Source: an uncultured Negativicutes bacterium (GTDB taxonomy: Bacteria > Bacillota > Negativicutes > JBAXTZ01). From it: a DNA stretch of 64,000 nucleotides. Where the stretch lies: NCBI GenBank assembly GCA_963721525.1, contig CAVRJL010000006.1, positions 13,127-77,126 of the forward strand. Direction: 5' to 3'. The position numbers were made by a program, and so were the translations under genes. Shown one piece after another: positions 20,101 through 28,963 of this stretch (position 1 is its first letter; every line of letters begins with the position of its first letter). The notes under the pieces were generated by a model. It saw nothing but the letters and a program-made list of their open reading frames with translations. It ran no database searches and had not been told where the DNA came from.

Positions 20101-20804
20101 TAAAAAAAATTGCTTCAGTATCTATTACAAAAAATATATTGCATATTGTAAATAAAATGATTGATTGGAAATATCCTTATCCTCAAAATAATAATTCCCC
20201 TAAAATAACTGTAAGTCAGTCAAAAATGTTAAATGAGCAACTAATAGAACTTGAACCTGAACAGGTACCTTCTTCATTTTTTAAGAAAAAAGAATTTCTT
20301 AAAAAATGTTCTAATACAAAAATAGTTGCAGATATGGAAGTAGGCCTAGCTTATCATGAAATTTTTCAAAGGTTAGATTTCAATATACATAATAATTTAG
20401 AAAAAATAAATAATTTAATTGAGAATTTAGAAAAAAATACTATTATAAATAATAAACAAGCAAAAAGTATTAACATTTTAAAAATATTAGGTTTTACAAA
20501 AAGCGCACTTGCAAATAGAATAAAAAAATCAACCATAGTAAAAAGAGAACAGTCTTTTTTACTACGTAAAAAGGTTAATGGAAATAATATGCTATTACAA
20601 GGTGTAATTGATTTATTTTTTGTAGAAGATAATAAAATTGTTATTATTGATTTTAAGGCTAATAATTTAACTGCTCAACAAATCGAAAAAAAATGTTTGG
20701 TACGATTAAATTGTTATGCTGAAGCTATAAAAGAAATAACAGGTCTAAAAGTAATGCAAAAAATCATTTGGCTTATATTAAAAGAGCAAGAAGTAATATT
20801 ATAA
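17145..20804 (+). CDS. addA: ATP-dependent helicase/nuclease AddA (RexA)
   Basis: UvrD-type motifs are present (SASAGSGKTS, FIDEYQDIN, VGDVKQSIYRFR, TIHSSKGLEYPVV, LYVAMTRAREKL). There is a C-terminal RecB-type nuclease region (GVIDLFF...IIDFKAN). The ATG at 17145 (MSNYLF) overlaps the addB end. Confidence 0.9.
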   Translation: MSNYLFKDAQNREYIRNQFGKNILVSASAGSGKTSSLTQRAINVLKNKDENGNYYSIDQILLVTFTDAAATEIKERIGSILAKEAKEAETNADFDLVKHLYRQQLLLGQAWISTIHSLCARLIRRYFHLLEIDAKFRLADETESRMLMQDCVEYLFERYYNKKDNDFILLTKWFCSDLNDNALYKAIFDIYKFTCNRIDKEEWLNNCSDQFWPKNAQKITECEWGREFLNYVYTKLEKALCLLEKGIQTGRHSDAMETILQICFNEQNQLRRIKNYKNYSQLRENLRKVKFESWRKCIRNEKVLKNNVEKFDKIKKFINEQRKIIKTLTKNFFQTEEEIIKKNNTVRLIIEKLIEVTKNFITVYALRKKEKSIFDFNDLERYCLKLLTGNNNEPLKDLQNKFVQIFIDEYQDINEVQEAILQKLNGNNFNRFMVGDVKQSIYRFRYAEPTIFLKKYNIYPEHDNANCRKIDLSLNFRSCSKVLKTINFIFEKIMTIETAYINYNESVSLKLGAKMYWKENIHRNALDHSTELHFVCKKNKENRELNIDEEEGDKNDFIYEGQVIADRINEMVSQSKLTYDKILDIWRPIQYKDIAVLFRSSRHISNLVNILRNNGIPSHTNRIEGFFLSFEIKIMISLLSVIDNPLQDIHLVGVLRSPLFEFNNDELAQIRLYERIGYFWDGIQKATESEIENELKNKCLNFIKEINFWRELSRRTSIYELIQDIYETKDFLNYIAVLPFGDVRQANLRLLQDKALQYEQTAYKGLFRFIKYIEELKERKVNLAQGQILSESDNIVRVSTIHSSKGLEYPVVIIGELGRKLLTEKDIDNKLFNLHKQLGIGMKFVDLKSNIVFASEINNLINYKLEQEMIAEEIRILYVAMTRAREKLILVTNIQKKSSLINSVKTKWKPAISIMENEKINSIDIASHKSWLDWIMMALLTDEEALKIIENEYSQGIAYNGWKIFITDTEQIKIKEPTLDHNYIFLKKIASVSITKNILHIVNKMIDWKYPYPQNNNSPKITVSQSKMLNEQLIELEPEQVPSSFFKKKEFLKKCSNTKIVADMEVGLAYHEIFQRLDFNIHNNLEKINNLIENLEKNTIINNKQAKSINILKILGFTKSALANRIKKSTIVKREQSFLLRKKVNGNNMLLQGVIDLFFVEDNKIVIIDFKANNLTAQQIEKKCLVRLNCYAEAIKEITGLKVMQKIIWLILKEQEVIL

Positions 20805-20841
20805 AAACTTAAACAAATATTAATAGTAAAATTATTTGAAA

Positions 20842-21232
20842 TTAAGTATCGATATGGATAAAAGACTTGTTGAATGGACACGTCTTATTTTTGGCGGAAA
20901 TGTTGTGGTAACAATTATTTGTCCGCATCATCGTCCGCAAATGGGAATAATTCGCCCTAAAGTATTTAAAAAGCCTCAAGAAGATTTTACAAAAGTAGGT
21001 AAAATTATAAAATTTAAAACAACCGTAGAAGAAAAAGATTTAAAAACAAAAATTATAAAAACTATAAAAAACAATGAAGTAAATTGCAATCTAGAAGAAG
21101 CTAAAATAATTGTGGCAGGTGGCAGAGGATTGCAATTGCAAGAAAATTTTATTTTATTAAAAGAGTTAGCCAGTGTACTAGGTGGAGTTGTAGGAGCAAG
21201 TCGTGCTGTCGTAGATGTTGGTTTGATACCTT
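20842..21232 (+). pseudogene. Internal fragment of etfA, an inverted duplicate of 32944-33334
   Basis: A base-by-base comparison with the reverse complement of 32944-33334 gives 391 nt, no indels and 10 mismatches by my count. The fragment lacks both the etfA 5' and 3' parts. Confidence 0.9.
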
Positions 21233-21255
21233 TAATATGAAATATGTTACTATTG

Positions 21256-22494
21256 TCAAGATATCGCTTCCATTTCTCGTAATTTTAAATAATCTTTTTC
21301 CAATAAATTTTTATCTAAATTGTATAAAAGTACGAGTCCTTCTATTTCAGTGGAAGGACTCGTAGCCTTTGTTAGCGAATTATTATCAAAAACCCATTTA
21401 TGAGCAATATTAGAAGATATAGATTTTAGATTATCATCATAAAAATTTCGTATATCTTGCAGAAGAACAACCTTTCCATTACCCACGAATTTTTGAGGAA
21501 ATTCGAAATATTCATAAAGTTTATTTTTGATACCTGCTACTATCAACATAGCTTGATTGTAACCAAAAATTTTTGTTTCTAATTCACTTATTAATCCCTC
21601 AAGACCTACTATCCTGCAATTTATTTCCAATAAGAATAACTCAGTATTAACCTTGATCAGATCTGCATTAACCATACCATTTTTTACACCGAGTGCAGTT
21701 AACACTTTCCTTACGTATTCAATAATATTTTGATTGTGTATGGGATTAATTGCATTCACTGAATGATATTGAGATATACCCTTTACCAGAATTTTATCAC
21801 AAGAATAAATTCCGCTTATGTAATGTTCCCCGTTAAAACTAAAACTATTAACCAGGTATTCTTCTCCATTAATAGATTCTTGCACAATGATCTCCTCTGA
21901 CAAACTGGTATTTATTATCGAATTTCTGATTATAGTTACAAGCATTTGAATTTTTTTAAGAAATTCAATATGTGTTTCACATTTTATTGCACTTATACCA
22001 GAAACGGATCCGTTAGGTTTAATAAATATTGGAAAAACGAAGTCTTTTATCTGCTTCTTAAGTTTTTTTTCATTAATATCGTTAATGGAGAATTTGAATT
22101 GTTTTATTGCTTTTATTCCAGCCGAACGCAACGCTTCTTGCATATCAAATTTATTTTTTCGTATCTTACTTGTAGAAATATCATTTGCATATTTAGGTGT
22201 AACCATTGATGTAATGTATTCTACTAGTTCAAGATTATCTTCATTTCCAGCTACTACAAATGTTACGTTATATTTATTAGAAATGTCCTGCGCTGTAACT
22301 AACTCTATTCCTTTTGTACTATAAAAAATCGCTTCAAAACATTTTTTTTCTTCAGAATATTTGTTCAACCATACAGGATCATCTATATTTAATAATAGAG
22401 ATCCAATGTTGTTTTTATGTAATTCATCGAGTAAAGTAAGTATTGATGCGCGAGGATTTATTATCATACAATATTCGGAATATCTATTGCTCAT
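21256..22494 (-). CDS. ATP-grasp domain protein (carboxylate-amine ligase type), substrate unknown
   Basis: The ATP-grasp core pattern is present: FPIFIKPNGSVSGISAIKC, IIVQESINGEEYLVNSF and LLEINCRIVG. Confidence 0.75.
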   Translation of the reverse strand: MSNRYSEYCMIINPRASILTLLDELHKNNIGSLLLNIDDPVWLNKYSEEKKCFEAIFYSTKGIELVTAQDISNKYNVTFVVAGNEDNLELVEYITSMVTPKYANDISTSKIRKNKFDMQEALRSAGIKAIKQFKFSINDINEKKLKKQIKDFVFPIFIKPNGSVSGISAIKCETHIEFLKKIQMLVTIIRNSIINTSLSEEIIVQESINGEEYLVNSFSFNGEHYISGIYSCDKILVKGISQYHSVNAINPIHNQNIIEYVRKVLTALGVKNGMVNADLIKVNTELFLLEINCRIVGLEGLISELETKIFGYNQAMLIVAGIKNKLYEYFEFPQKFVGNGKVVLLQDIRNFYDDNLKSISSNIAHKWVFDNNSLTKATSPSTEIEGLVLLYNLDKNLLEKDYLKLREMEAIS

Positions 22495-22609
22495 ATTTTT
22501 CTCCTATTTTATATAATTTTATTTTTGAAATAATGTTATTAAAAAATACGTATTATTTAAAGCCCAAAGCCAACAGTGTTTTTAGTATAAGTGAGAAATA
22601 TTTTTTTGG

Positions 22610-24112
22610 TTATGTTCTAATAACAATTAACTTTTCCCATTCTTCATCACTTATCTTTAGATGTGTTAATTTAGACATTAATATGACGTAAAAAAACAAA
22701 GCAGTTAGTACTCCAATAATCCAACCAAAAAGATATAAAAAACTCAATGACTCAAATAAACGACCCATTAAAGCTGGTATAATAGCAACTATCCAAACAA
22801 CGAAGGCTTTTTTGTTAAATCCAGATGAATACCAATAACGATTATTTGTTTTTTCACTGTAAAGTTCGATTAAGTTAATTCGACGTTTTTTTATAATATA
22901 ATAATCTGCAATAAAAATACCTGCTAATGGAGCTAACAAGACTCCATATAATCCCAACCAATCAAAAATATATGCATTTGCAGAACTAAGTAATTTCCAT
23001 GGCATAATAATAATCCCAGATATAGCAGTAAAAGTTACAGCCATTTTATAAGAAATATGTTTTGGCCATATACTAGAAATATCATTAGCAGTAGCTAACA
23101 TATTTGCGGCAACATTAAGCACAACTGTGGAAATAAGGATAGCTACCGAGCCTAAAATAATTACCCAACCATTTTTTGTTATTGATAAAACAGATACAGG
23201 ATCCCAAATATACGCACCATAAAGAATTTTTGTTGCACCTGTAACAAAAATTCCTACAAATGAACAAATCATCATAGTTCCTGGAAGACTAAATAAAATA
23301 CTTACATTATGCTCTTTTTGACTTCTAACAAAGCGACTTAAATCAGGAATATTCAATGATAAAGTTGACCAAAAAGCTATGTTGGCTATCAATCCAGCAA
23401 GATATATTGACCAAAACTTAGTACCTATTAAGATATCACTTTTAAAATAAAAAGAAGAGAAAAAAGAATATCCTTTTTCTCTTAATTTTATTAAAAACAA
23501 AACAAATAGAGAAATAAAAAAAACTGCTAAAATTGGAGCTGCTATAGCTTTAGCTTTTTTTATTAAATTTATTCCTGAATAGCATAAATATGTGCATAAA
23601 ACAAGTGTAAGAAAAAAACAAACAAAATCGACTATAATATTATTTTTTAGATTTGGAAAAAAATATATCGGAATACAACTAAGAGCTTGTCCTCCAATCC
23701 AACAATTTATTCCAAACCATCCAGCGCCAACTATTCTTCGTGCTAAAGCTGCAACCATAGCACCACGCATTCCAAAGCATAAGCGTGCAAATACTGGATA
23801 AGGGATTCCATACTTTATTCCTACATTTGAATTCAATATTATTATAAACATTATAATAATATTGCCAATTAATACATTGGAAATCGTTTCCCAAAAACTT
23901 AATCCCATTGACATTAATCCTGATGCTAACATATAGATTGGCACATTAAAACACATAGATACCCAAAGAGCAACAATATTATATACTCCCCATGAACGAT
24001 CTTGTAGTTTAGTAGGTGCTAAATCATGGTTATACTAAACACTGTTTTTGCTCAACTTTTTTTCTGTTTTTTCTTCTAAATAAAACTTATTTTTAAATTG
24101 AACTTGTTTCAT
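22610..24112 (-). pseudogene. NCS1-family (hydantoin/uracil/allantoin-type) permease with an in-frame TAG after codon 25
   Basis: My translation from the ATG at 24112 gives MKQVQFKNKFYLEEKTEKKLSKNSV, then TAG at 24037-24035, then YNHDLAPTKLQDRSWGVYNIVALWVSMCFNVPIYML..., which continues into the tracked ORF 22610-23956. The NxDLAPT...R.W N-terminal NCS1 signature lies between the stop and the first downstream ATG. Confidence 0.8.
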
Positions 24113-24229
24113 TAATTAATCTCCCATTCATATTCTATTATAACCACAGAGCACCTATTCATTTTGAACTTGTTTCATTAATTAATCTCCCATTCATATT
24201 CTATTATAACCACAGAGCACCTATTCATT
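24098..24229. repeat. Exact 66-bp tandem duplication covering the SD, ATG and first 5 codons of the NCS1 permease
   Basis: 24098-24163 and 24164-24229 read identically. Each copy contains GGGAGATTAATTAATGAAACAAGTTCAA on the minus strand. Confidence 0.95.
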
Positions 24230-24287
24230 ACAACAGTTAAATGTATAAGCATATTAAATCATTGATTTATAAATAACATTTAAGGTA

Positions 24288-25502
24288 CTAAATATTATTT
24301 ATTTTAGTATGAGATTTTTGTAATTTTAGTACTCCATACGGACAAACATGAATACATAATGAGCATCCATCACAGATTTCATTATTAATAGATATTTCTC
24401 CATCTATGAATTGTATAGCCGCTTGGCCGCTTTCCGAGCACGAAATAAGGCATTTAGCGCATTTTGTACATTTATCTGGATTAATAACAGCAGCGCGCAC
24501 AGGCCACAACATATTTAATTTTTCACGAGCTATAATTTTAGGGACAGCTTTACCAGTTATGTCTAGTAAATTAATTATATTTTTCTTCTCTACATATTCT
24601 TCTAATCCTTTTAAAAGAGAGGTAATAATTTGATAACCACTAAGCATAACTTCTGTACATATTTGTACAGAACTTGAGCCAACTGCGTAGTGTTCTATAA
24701 TATCTTGCCATTTAGATATACCGCCGATTCCAATAATCGGTACATTAACTGCTTGAGCTATTTGTGCAACGCAACGTAGGGCTATCGGCTTAATTGCTCT
24801 CCCGGAATATCCCCCTAATGTTGAATGTCCATCAACTGTAGGTAAAGGTTCAAATGTATCAATATTTATTCCAATTAGTCCTTGTGTTGTATTTATTGCA
24901 GCAATTGCATCTGTACCAGCCTCCACTACAGCTTTAGCCATATTTTGGATATAACTAATATTTGGAGTAAGTTTGGCAATTATCGGAATTCTTACTACTT
25001 TTTTTACCCAAGAAATAATCTGTGCTGAATTTTCTACATCTTTACCAACAGCTGCTCCCATAGCATTATCTAAACGAAAATGTGGGCAAGATAAATTTAT
25101 TTCTAAAGCATCTGCTCCAGCTTTTTCCATCCGCATTGCTAAATTTTGCCATGGTTCACGATTAACCTCAGCAATAATACTTGCAATAACAACTTTATTT
25201 GGAAATTCACTTTTAAGCTCACGTATAGTTTTTTCCCAGTATTCACTAGGTTTTCTTGTTATACCTTCGAAATTAGCGAACCCTAAAATATCTTCATCTG
25301 TTCCTCGAATAACTCCAAATCTGTTAGGAGATTCATTTGTTAATAAATAATTTGACGCACAGGTTTTAGTAGAAACACCTGCCCATCCTAATTTAAAAGC
25401 TTTTGCTATCCCTTCTTTGCTTTGAGTTGGAGATGCAGATGCCAAAATACAAGGATTTTCTAGTTCAATATTACAGAATCGTACTCCTAATCTTGTACTC
25501 AT
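24288..25502 (-). CDS. preA: Dihydropyrimidine dehydrogenase PreA-like subunit (DHODH-fold plus C-terminal 2x[4Fe-4S])
   Basis: The class-1 DHOD-like barrel shows NLSCPH and IIGIGGI. The C-terminus carries CTKCAKCLISC and CDGCSLCIHVCP ferredoxin motifs. Confidence 0.85.
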   Translation of the reverse strand: MSTRLGVRFCNIELENPCILASASPTQSKEGIAKAFKLGWAGVSTKTCASNYLLTNESPNRFGVIRGTDEDILGFANFEGITRKPSEYWEKTIRELKSEFPNKVVIASIIAEVNREPWQNLAMRMEKAGADALEINLSCPHFRLDNAMGAAVGKDVENSAQIISWVKKVVRIPIIAKLTPNISYIQNMAKAVVEAGTDAIAAINTTQGLIGINIDTFEPLPTVDGHSTLGGYSGRAIKPIALRCVAQIAQAVNVPIIGIGGISKWQDIIEHYAVGSSSVQICTEVMLSGYQIITSLLKGLEEYVEKKNIINLLDITGKAVPKIIAREKLNMLWPVRAAVINPDKCTKCAKCLISCSESGQAAIQFIDGEISINNEICDGCSLCIHVCPYGVLKLQKSHTKINNI

Positions 25503-25563
25503 ATCTTATTCCCTTCTATCTTAATTAGTTTTATAGCGGATATAGCTATTATTCTTCATAATA

Positions 25564-26235
25564 TTAAAAATTAAGTTCTTTTTTTATTTCATATATTTGA
25601 ATTATAAATGTTGCTGTTAAGATGGCAACTCCTCCAATAATCTGCAATCTTTCCATTAGTTCTCCTAGTGTTATAAAAGCAATAATAGCTGCAATTACAG
25701 GTTCAATTGCAGCTGTTATTGCTACATTCGTAGGCGGTAAATAATGTACTCCTACATAAAATAGGCTATAGGGTAATAACGTATAACAAATTATTACATA
25801 AACATACATCCATAAAGGTACGATGGTAATATTTTGCCAATTTATTGATACAGGTACAAATAAATAAATTAAAGATGCAAATAAGAAAGAATAAAAAATA
25901 ATTGTAAATGGCTTGTATTTTTTACTAAGAGATTTACTTTTTAAAATATTGAAAGAATATAAAATTGCGCTCATTATACCAATTGCTATCCCAAAATTAT
26001 TTAATGTGCTAAAAGAATATGATGAAATCATCAGTAATCCGCCAAATCCTATAATTCCTAAAAATACAAAATGAATACCATCTTTATAATATATTTTAAA
26101 ACATTTCGGAACAAAAATCCCAAGTATAAAAAATAATATAATAGTTGTTCCTATTAAACGAATTTTTAACAAAACTAAAGGATTTATTCCACATTTGTAA
26201 ATATATTTTGTAACAGATCCGCCTCCACCTAACAT
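25564..26235 (-). CDS. EamA/DMT-family transporter, apparently shortened (possible pseudogene)
   Basis: The membrane protein is EamA-like. The frame stays open for 29 more codons upstream (GIVIQDDKKISFIKNNSIIGYVAIVVATI) with no canonical start. The first EamA half looks about 2 helices short. Confidence 0.55.
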   Translation of the reverse strand: MLGGGGSVTKYIYKCGINPLVLLKIRLIGTTIILFFILGIFVPKCFKIYYKDGIHFVFLGIIGFGGLLMISSYSFSTLNNFGIAIGIMSAILYSFNILKSKSLSKKYKPFTIIFYSFLFASLIYLFVPVSINWQNITIVPLWMYVYVIICYTLLPYSLFYVGVHYLPPTNVAITAAIEPVIAAIIAFITLGELMERLQIIGGVAILTATFIIQIYEIKKELNF

Positions 26236-26302
26236 TATAGTAGCTACTACTATTGCTACATACCCTATTATAGAGTTATTTTTAATAAAGCTAATTTTCT
26301 TA

Positions 26303-27562
26303 TCATCTTGTATAACTATTCCCTAAACCATAGCTTATAATTTTATCAACTAATCTCATAAAAGCTCGAACTGCTGTTTCTATATTATCATCTGAAGTAT
26401 TTTCCTCTTTGCAATGGGATAACCCTCGTTCAGACATTACGAACATCATAACTGTGGGCAGTATCTTAGACATTTCAGCTGCGTCATGTAATGGACCAGA
26501 ATAAATTGTTGTTCTTTCACCAGTTTCTTCCACTACTGCTTCTTTACAATATTCAACTAATTTCGAATCAAATATAGTAGGATCAATAGTCCAAATTTTT
26601 TCCCATACGGCTTTGACTGAATATTCTTTAGCAGCTATTTCTACAGCTTTTCTAGCTTCTTCATTCATTAATAACAATTTACTTTTATCAATAGAACGCT
26701 GGTCAAGAGAAATAATACAACTTTCCGGGACAATAGTTACTATATCTGGTCTTATAGCTACTTTGCCCACAGTACATACTCCCTCGTACTTTAAAGCTAT
26801 TTCTCTGAAAGCTAGAGCCGACTGTGCTGCTGCCAAAAATGCATCTTGTCTTAATAAGGTTGGAAATGATCCGGCATGCGCAGCTTGTCCTTCAAATTTA
26901 ATATAATATCTTTCCACTCCAGTTATTCCATAAACACAGGCAATAGTTTTTTTATTGCTTTCTAATATAGGTCCTTGCTCAATATGTAATTCCGCAAAAC
27001 CCAATCCTTTTCTTTTCTTAAATTGAGTATGTGCGTTCTCTATAGTATTTAAGTTGACACCATATTCAGCTAAAACCTCTCCAATCTTATATCCGTTATT
27101 GTCAATTCTATGGATAATTTCACGTATATCTAATGTACCGCTTGCTGCCGATGACCCCATTAAACTACGACCAAAACGTGCTCCTTCTTCATCAGCCCAA
27201 TTTACTGCATAAATAGTTTTTTTCGGACGAATTCTACTATATCTCTTAATGACTTCAAGCGCAGTGACTGCCCCTAAAGAACCATCTAGCCAACCGCCAT
27301 TAGGAACACAATCAATATGGCTTCCGATTATAATAGATTCTACTGTTTCTCCAGTTAATTTTGCCCATGTATTTCCCGCTGCATCAATTGTTACCTTAGC
27401 TCCATATGATGTAGCTTTATTTGCAAACCAATTACGTGCTTTTTGCCAAACGGGAGTCCAAGCTACTCGTTGAGCTCCATATTCGTTCGAAGTTAACTCA
27501 GCTAGTTCACGTAAGTTAATAATTACATTTTTGCCTGCATTGATTAAAGAATCTTTTTTCAT
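26303..27562 (-). CDS. M20-family N-carbamoyl-amino-acid / beta-ureidopropionate amidohydrolase
   Basis: The Zn-dependent amidohydrolase pattern is present (GSHIDCVPNGGWLDGSLG, WADEEGARFG, ELHIEQGP). It lies adjacent to the hydantoinase. Confidence 0.8.
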   Translation of the reverse strand: MKKDSLINAGKNVIINLRELAELTSNEYGAQRVAWTPVWQKARNWFANKATSYGAKVTIDAAGNTWAKLTGETVESIIIGSHIDCVPNGGWLDGSLGAVTALEVIKRYSRIRPKKTIYAVNWADEEGARFGRSLMGSSAASGTLDIREIIHRIDNNGYKIGEVLAEYGVNLNTIENAHTQFKKRKGLGFAELHIEQGPILESNKKTIACVYGITGVERYYIKFEGQAAHAGSFPTLLRQDAFLAAAQSALAFREIALKYEGVCTVGKVAIRPDIVTIVPESCIISLDQRSIDKSKLLLMNEEARKAVEIAAKEYSVKAVWEKIWTIDPTIFDSKLVEYCKEAVVEETGERTTIYSGPLHDAAEMSKILPTVMMFVMSERGLSHCKEENTSDDNIETAVRAFMRLVDKIISYGLGNSYTR

Positions 27563-27583
27563 TATTTCCTCTCATTCTTAATT

Positions 27584-28963
27584 TTATGATATTTTCGAAC
27601 GATAAATAAACTTACCTTCTGGTTGCGTCAAAACTAACTTACCTTTTTCTACTATATGTTTTCCGCCTAAAAAAACATGTTCAATCGATCCTTTTTGTAT
27701 AAAACCTTCATACGGTGTATAATCTACCGTTTGATGTAAATCTTTTACAGAAATTATCCTCGTTCCTTGAGGGTTATATATGATAATATCAGCGTCTGTG
27801 CCGATAGCAATTGTTCCTTTTTTTGGAGCAAGTCCAAAGGTAACTGCAGAATTATATGAAGTTAGTTTCACAAATTGATTTAAAGAAAGTTTTCCAGTAC
27901 ATACTCCTTCTGTATACATTAAAGCAAATCGAGTTTCAATTCCAGGTATACCATTAGGTATAGTACGAAAGTCCGTATAGTCAGCTATTTTTTGATCAAC
28001 AAAATTGAATGAACAATGATCTGTAGCAATAATATCGATTAAATCATTTTGTAATGCCTTCCATAAAATTTTATTATCTCTTCTTTTACGTAAGGGTGGA
28101 GACATAACAAATTTTGCCCCTTCTATTCCAGGTGCAATGTAACGTGAATCATCTAATAATAAATATTGCGGACAAGTTTCTAAGTATACTTTTTGCCCAT
28201 TTTGCCTTGCTTTAAGGGCTATATTTAAACCTTTAGCTGAACTAAGATGTACTATATATAGTGGGGCTTTTGCTATACAAGCAATTGTTATTGCTCTTGA
28301 TATTGACTCTGCTTCGAGATCATCTGGTCTAGTTAAGGCGTGGTAAATAGGATCATTTTGTCCTTTAGAAATTGCTTCTTTTATTAAGGCATTGATAATA
28401 TCTCCATTTTCGCAATGTACTCCTACTAATATTCCGGATTGGCGAGCTGTTTTAAATATTTTATACATTGTTTCGTCTTCGATTTGAAATAAATTTTTGT
28501 ATGCTAAAAATAATTTTATCGTAGATACCCCTGTTGTTTTAGGCAAAGTTTTAATTTCTTCCACAACCTCATTATTACAATCAGTTATTGCTACATGGAA
28601 CGCATAATCGGTAAAACATTTACCTGCAGCGCGCATATGCCAACTATCTATTGCTTGTTGTAAACTTTGTCCCTTTTTTTGTAAAGAAAAGTCAATAATA
28701 GTAGTTACACCGCCCATAATTGCAGCTTTCGTACCGGTAAAAAAATCATCACTTGTTGTTACATTTTCAAAAGGCATATCCAAATGAGTATGAGGATCAA
28801 TTGTTCCAGGAAATAAATAATTGCCCAAAGCATTTATTGTCCTCGCATTATCATCTAACAAATCAATGCCTATTTGGCTTATTTTTTCGTTTTCAATTAA
28901 TACGTCCGCTTTTACAACATCGCTGGCTGTAACTATTGTCCCATTTTTGATTAAAAATCTCAT
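27584..28963 (-). CDS. Dihydropyrimidinase / D-hydantoinase
   Basis: The sequence shows LIKNGTIVTA...GTIDPHTHLDMPF, the carbamylated-Lys region IKLFLAYK, and VHCENGD and ATDHC. The ATG at 28963 lies 6 nt after GGAG. Confidence 0.9.
   Translation of the reverse strand: MRFLIKNGTIVTASDVVKADVLIENEKISQIGIDLLDDNARTINALGNYLFPGTIDPHTHLDMPFENVTTSDDFFTGTKAAIMGGVTTIIDFSLQKKGQSLQQAIDSWHMRAAGKCFTDYAFHVAITDCNNEVVEEIKTLPKTTGVSTIKLFLAYKNLFQIEDETMYKIFKTARQSGILVGVHCENGDIINALIKEAISKGQNDPIYHALTRPDDLEAESISRAITIACIAKAPLYIVHLSSAKGLNIALKARQNGQKVYLETCPQYLLLDDSRYIAPGIEGAKFVMSPPLRKRRDNKILWKALQNDLIDIIATDHCSFNFVDQKIADYTDFRTIPNGIPGIETRFALMYTEGVCTGKLSLNQFVKLTSYNSAVTFGLAPKKGTIAIGTDADIIIYNPQGTRIISVKDLHQTVDYTPYEGFIQKGSIEHVFLGGKHIVEKGKLVLTQPEGKFIYRSKIS

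Noticed and set aside
24035-24037. The in-frame TAG (NCS1 permease) and in-frame TAA (11965-11967) could indicate stop-codon reassignment.
   Set aside because: TAG and TAA terminate many well-conserved genes here at the expected positions. For example, hydF at 747-749 and der at 2137-2139 end in TAG, and metK ends in TAG. The standard-code ORF lengths match family norms, so ordinary nonsense mutations are the simpler explanation.
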